A stretch of DNA of 29,287 bases, taken from Gammaproteobacteria bacterium (lineage in GTDB: Bacteria > Pseudomonadota > Gammaproteobacteria > SZUA-229). Positions 25,954-29,287 of the stretch are shown one piece after another. How positions within the stretch are numbered: the stretch's first letter is position 1; each line of letters starts with the position of its first letter. Position numbers and translations under genes: made by a program. The stretch is from the NCBI GenBank assembly GCA_016764035.1, contig JAESSQ010000253.1, positions 1 through 29,287 on the forward strand. The letters are read 5' to 3'. A model generated the notes under the pieces. The model made no database searches, was not told the origin of the DNA, and worked only from the letters and a program-made list of their open reading frames with translations.

Positions 25954-26922
25954 TTAATTACTAACAAGATAATGCACACTAAATAATTGATCTTTATCTA
26001 CCCATGTTTTTACGTTTTCAAACCCGGCCTGTGAAGCTATCTGATGAAAGCTTTCGACAGAATACTTATGCGAATATTCAGTAAGTATTGACTGTTCTTT
26101 TTTAAACAAAAACACCTTATCACCAATAAGCACACGTTGATCTTCCTGGCTCACTAGATGCATTTCAATACGATGCTCTTTTTCATTATAAAAAGCATAA
26201 TGTTGGAATTCTGTAACATTAAAATCAGCAGCTAATTCTCGATTTATACGCACCAACAAATTTTTATTGAATCTTTCAGTATAACCAGCTTGATCATTAT
26301 AGGCAGCGTCTAAAACATTCGTGTCTTTGCGTAAGTCAACACCGATCAATAAACCACCTTCCCCACCAACCATTGCGCGTATTTCTTCGAGTACGCTAAC
26401 CGCCTGACTGGGAGAAAAGTTTCCGATAGTTGAGCCTGGGAAAAAAGCGACTCTATTTATTGTTGAAACATGATCAGGTAATTCAAGCTTACCGGTAAAA
26501 TCAGCGCAAATAGCATGCACGTTTAACCAGGTAAACTCAGCCGCCAATTTTTTTGCTTCATTCTGCAAATAGTGTTTCGAAATATCAATTGGCAGATAAG
26601 CTATTGGCCTTAACGCATCGAGCAACAGGCGAACTTTATAACTATCTCCACTACCCGGTTCAATCAATAAACAATCCTTACCAAGCGTTGCAACGATATC
26701 ATCAATATTGTTTCGGATGATGCCAACTTCGGTACGCGTTGGATAGTATTCTTTTGTATTACATATTTTTTCAAATAAACGAGAACCTTCTTCATCGTAA
26801 AAATATTTAGGCAAGATATAAGGTTCTGCAGCAGATAGACCTTCAATAACATCAACACGAAAGTCCGCCGCTTCGGGATGTTGATCGAAAAATTGATAAC
26901 GCATTGAAAGCGAGTCAGTCAT
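25954..26922 (-). CDS. egtD: L-histidine N-alpha-methyltransferase (hercynine synthase) EgtD family
   Basis: PKYFYDEEGSRLFEKIC...EYYPTRTE, LIEPGSG, YLPIDIS, FPGSTIGNF, GVDL, RIEMHL and TEYSHKY. Confidence 0.92.
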   Translation of the reverse strand: MTDSLSMRYQFFDQHPEAADFRVDVIEGLSAAEPYILPKYFYDEEGSRLFEKICNTKEYYPTRTEVGIIRNNIDDIVATLGKDCLLIEPGSGDSYKVRLLLDALRPIAYLPIDISKHYLQNEAKKLAAEFTWLNVHAICADFTGKLELPDHVSTINRVAFFPGSTIGNFSPSQAVSVLEEIRAMVGGEGGLLIGVDLRKDTNVLDAAYNDQAGYTERFNKNLLVRINRELAADFNVTEFQHYAFYNEKEHRIEMHLVSQEDQRVLIGDKVFLFKKEQSILTEYSHKYSVESFHQIASQAGFENVKTWVDKDQLFSVHYLVSN

Positions 26923-27188
26923 AGATTATTTTTGCAAGGCATGGATTTTAAAAACAACCAACAATATCGCAGTCATGAAGATGCTGCAACAAAAGTAGTA
27001 TATTTTATTAACGATTTAATAGAGCAATATCTATTGAACAAGTTCCACAATCATTTGTCGAAAACAAACTTTTACAGATTAAGCATTACAAGCAATTTAA
27101 ATACGCCAAATTTTAACGATGCTTTCAATTTTACGTGTATGCTTAGCGCGTAAAATTTCAAATTAAATTACAAAAGTAACTTGCTCGC

Positions 27189-29287
27189 ATGAATACAACC
27201 GACGACGTACCTGTACTCAAAGACCTTGTTCTTATTGGCGGCGGTCACAGCCATCTATCTGTATTGAAATATTTTGCCATGCATCCTGTGCCTGGTTTAC
27301 GACTCACCTTGATTACGCGTGATTTACACACACCCTATTCCGGCATGTTGCCTGGCTATATCGCAGGGCATTATAGCTATGATGAAGCGCATATCGATTT
27401 ACGCCCATTGGCCCAGTTTACTAAAGCGCGTATCTATCACGCAGAAGTACATAATATCGATTTAGCAAACAATCAAATAATCTGTAAAGATCGTCCACCA
27501 ATCACTTATGATGTTGTCTCGATCAACATCGGTTCAAAACCCGGTACGTTGCATATCCCTGGTGCTGAACAATTTACTTTGCCGGTAAAACCGATCGACC
27601 GTTTTTTAACACAATGGGATGACTTGATAGAGATCATTACTCATACCACTGAAAAAAACTTTCATCTGGCTATCGTCGGTGGTGGCGCCGGCGGCGTGGA
27701 AATGGCATTAGCGACACAATTTCGATTACATACTTTATTAAAACAAAAAAACATATCAACCACTTTTCTAAAATTTGATTTGTATTGTGACAGTGACGAT
27801 ATCCTGCCGACACACAACGACCAGGTAAGAAAACGCTTTAACCGTTTTCTTCGCTTACGTGGAATTAATCTACATACCAATCACCGTATCGAAGAAGTAC
27901 AACAAAACCGCTTGATAAGCAGTAATGGCGAGCAGTATAAAGCTAACGCCGTTTTATGGGTAACCAATGCCACTGCACCCTCATGGTTGGTCGAAGCAGG
28001 TCTTGATGTCGATGCCAATGGCTTCATCTCAGTCAATGACTGTCTGCAATCGACATCACATAAAAACGTATTTGCCGCCGGTGACATCGCTGCCGTCATA
28101 AACCACCCACGTGAAAAATCCGGTGTATTTGCCGTTCGTCAGGGGCCACCTCTTGCGCGGAATCTGGCACGTGCAGTGCAAAATCAACCATTAAAAAAAT
28201 TTACACCACAGAAGAAATTTCTCGGCCTTATCAGCACAGGCAACCAATATGCCATCGCATCACGCGGCAATTGGTCACTCGAGGGTGCATGGTTATGGAA
28301 AGTTAAAGACTGGATCGATCGCCGTTTTATGGACAACTTTAATCAGCTACCAGAAATGCAAACCGACAGCGCACCCCAATTCAATAAAGCCATGGCCAAC
28401 GAACAGACCTTGCATGAGATCTCTGCTATCGCCATGCGCTGTGGCGGTTGCGGCGCAAAAGTAGGCAGCACGGTTTTGTCGCGTGTGGTTAATCGCTTAC
28501 AACCAATCACCCGCGATGATGTCATTATCGGATTAGCCGACCCAGATGATGCTGCGGTCACCGAAGTACCTGCTGGCAAGTTGGTTGTACAAAGTGTTGA
28601 CTATTTCCGTAGCTTTATTGACGACCCTTACCTGTTCGGACAGATTGCCGCCAATCATGCGCTGAGTGATATCTTTGCCATGGGCGCTGAAGCGCAGTCG
28701 GCCATGGCAATAGCAACCATTCCCTACGGCATAGAAAATCAGATAGAAGATCAGCTGTATCAGACCATGTCCGGCGCATTAGAGGTTTTAAACGCAAGCA
28801 ATACTGCGCTGGTGGGCGGTCATTCCAGTGAGGGTGCCGAGCTTTCATTTGGTCTATCGGCTACCGGACTAGCCAGCCGTGAACAGGTGATGCGTAAATC
28901 AGGCATGCAGACAGGTGATGTATTAATCCTGACCAAAGCGCTGGGCACCGGCACCCTGTTCGCCGCTGACATGCGCCTTAAAGCCAAAGGCCGCTGGATA
29001 GATACCGCTTTAAAAAGCATGCTGCTATCAAACCAGGCAGCAGGGTTCTGCATGCATCGCCATGGCGCGACCGCCTGTACAGATGTCACAGGCTTTGGTC
29101 TGCTCGGCCATCTGGTCGAAATGACACGCTCATCAGCTAAGAGTGTCGAGTTACATTTAGATAACCTACCGATTTTAGATGGCGCATTGGAAATGATTGA
29201 AACCGGAATCTTTAGCTCGTTACAGGAACAAAATGTACGACTAAGACGCGCGATAAAAGACCCAGGTATTTTACGGGAACATAAACA
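27189..29287 (+). CDS. selD: Selenide,water dikinase SelD fused to an N-terminal FAD/pyridine-nucleotide oxidoreductase domain; 3'-truncated by the window edge and absent from the ORF track
   Basis: Frame translated by hand from ATG 27189 with no stop: LVLIGGGHSH, TPYSGMLPG, IVGGGAGGVE, FAAGD; then MRCGGCGAKVG (28434-), DDAA, VDYF, NHALSDIFAMG, VGGHSSE, LTKALGTG and TDVTGFGLLGHL. Confidence 0.95.
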   Translation, partial: MNTTDDVPVLKDLVLIGGGHSHLSVLKYFAMHPVPGLRLTLITRDLHTPYSGMLPGYIAGHYSYDEAHIDLRPLAQFTKARIYHAEVHNIDLANNQIICKDRPPITYDVVSINIGSKPGTLHIPGAEQFTLPVKPIDRFLTQWDDLIEIITHTTEKNFHLAIVGGGAGGVEMALATQFRLHTLLKQKNISTTFLKFDLYCDSDDILPTHNDQVRKRFNRFLRLRGINLHTNHRIEEVQQNRLISSNGEQYKANAVLWVTNATAPSWLVEAGLDVDANGFISVNDCLQSTSHKNVFAAGDIAAVINHPREKSGVFAVRQGPPLARNLARAVQNQPLKKFTPQKKFLGLISTGNQYAIASRGNWSLEGAWLWKVKDWIDRRFMDNFNQLPEMQTDSAPQFNKAMANEQTLHEISAIAMRCGGCGAKVGSTVLSRVVNRLQPITRDDVIIGLADPDDAAVTEVPAGKLVVQSVDYFRSFIDDPYLFGQIAANHALSDIFAMGAEAQSAMAIATIPYGIENQIEDQLYQTMSGALEVLNASNTALVGGHSSEGAELSFGLSATGLASREQVMRKSGMQTGDVLILTKALGTGTLFAADMRLKAKGRWIDTALKSMLLSNQAAGFCMHRHGATACTDVTGFGLLGHLVEMTRSSAKSVELHLDNLPILDGALEMIETGIFSSLQEQNVRLRRAIKDPGILREHK

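Noticed and set aside
26932-27153. 73-aa ORF between egtD and selD
   Set aside because: TTG start, AT-rich, occupies the space needed for the divergent promoters; no recognisable features.
1725-29089. Short overlapping or antisense ORFs in the track (e.g. 1725-1913, 3633-3986, 11592-12110, 13211-13588, 15946-16323, 27662-29089)
   Set aside because: They lie within or opposite well-supported genes and show no motifs; consistent with shadow frames.
27189-29287. Selenocysteine recoding in selD or neighbouring genes
   Set aside because: The active-site codon is TGT and no in-frame TGA interrupts the recognised genes.
28400-29287. Higher GC in the 3' half of selD as a sign of horizontal transfer
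   Set aside because: Eyeball estimate only; the Gly/Ala-rich SelD domain can explain it, and there are no mobility signatures.
1-29287. rRNA, tRNA, CRISPR arrays, transposases, prophage genes
   Set aside because: No such signatures seen.

Overview
A 29.3 kb AT-rich bacterial chromosomal window; the gene content suggests a marine gammaproteobacterium. In order it contains: the end of a CHASE2 / small secreted protein / M48 lipoprotein-peptidase module; moeA; a complete divergent proteobacterial dedicated sortase (Pds) locus (pdsS-pdsR on the minus strand; pdsO, an extra small ORF, the VIT/vWA sortase target and the sortase on the plus strand); moaA; a B12-binding radical SAM protein; a ppk2 pseudogene with a nonsense codon and a frameshift; nhaA; a MITE-like palindromic element; a PAS-PAS-GGDEF-EAL protein; slt; and an egtD-led PhnD/C/E-like ABC operon divergent from an FAD-oxidoreductase-SelD fusion that runs off the window. 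The strongest unexplained signal lies in the ~960 bp gap after slt: a consensus sigma-54 promoter, two tandem TGTC-N8-GACA palindromes upstream of it, and three small co-oriented ORFs (42, 36 and 56 aa) below the ORF-track cutoff. Other highlights are an 11-bp-period triple repeat that may be the PdsR operator, an LAQTA sortase signal and the selenium/hercynine gene linkage. No rRNA, tRNA or CRISPR array was seen. All family assignments come from motif recognition by eye; no searches were run.
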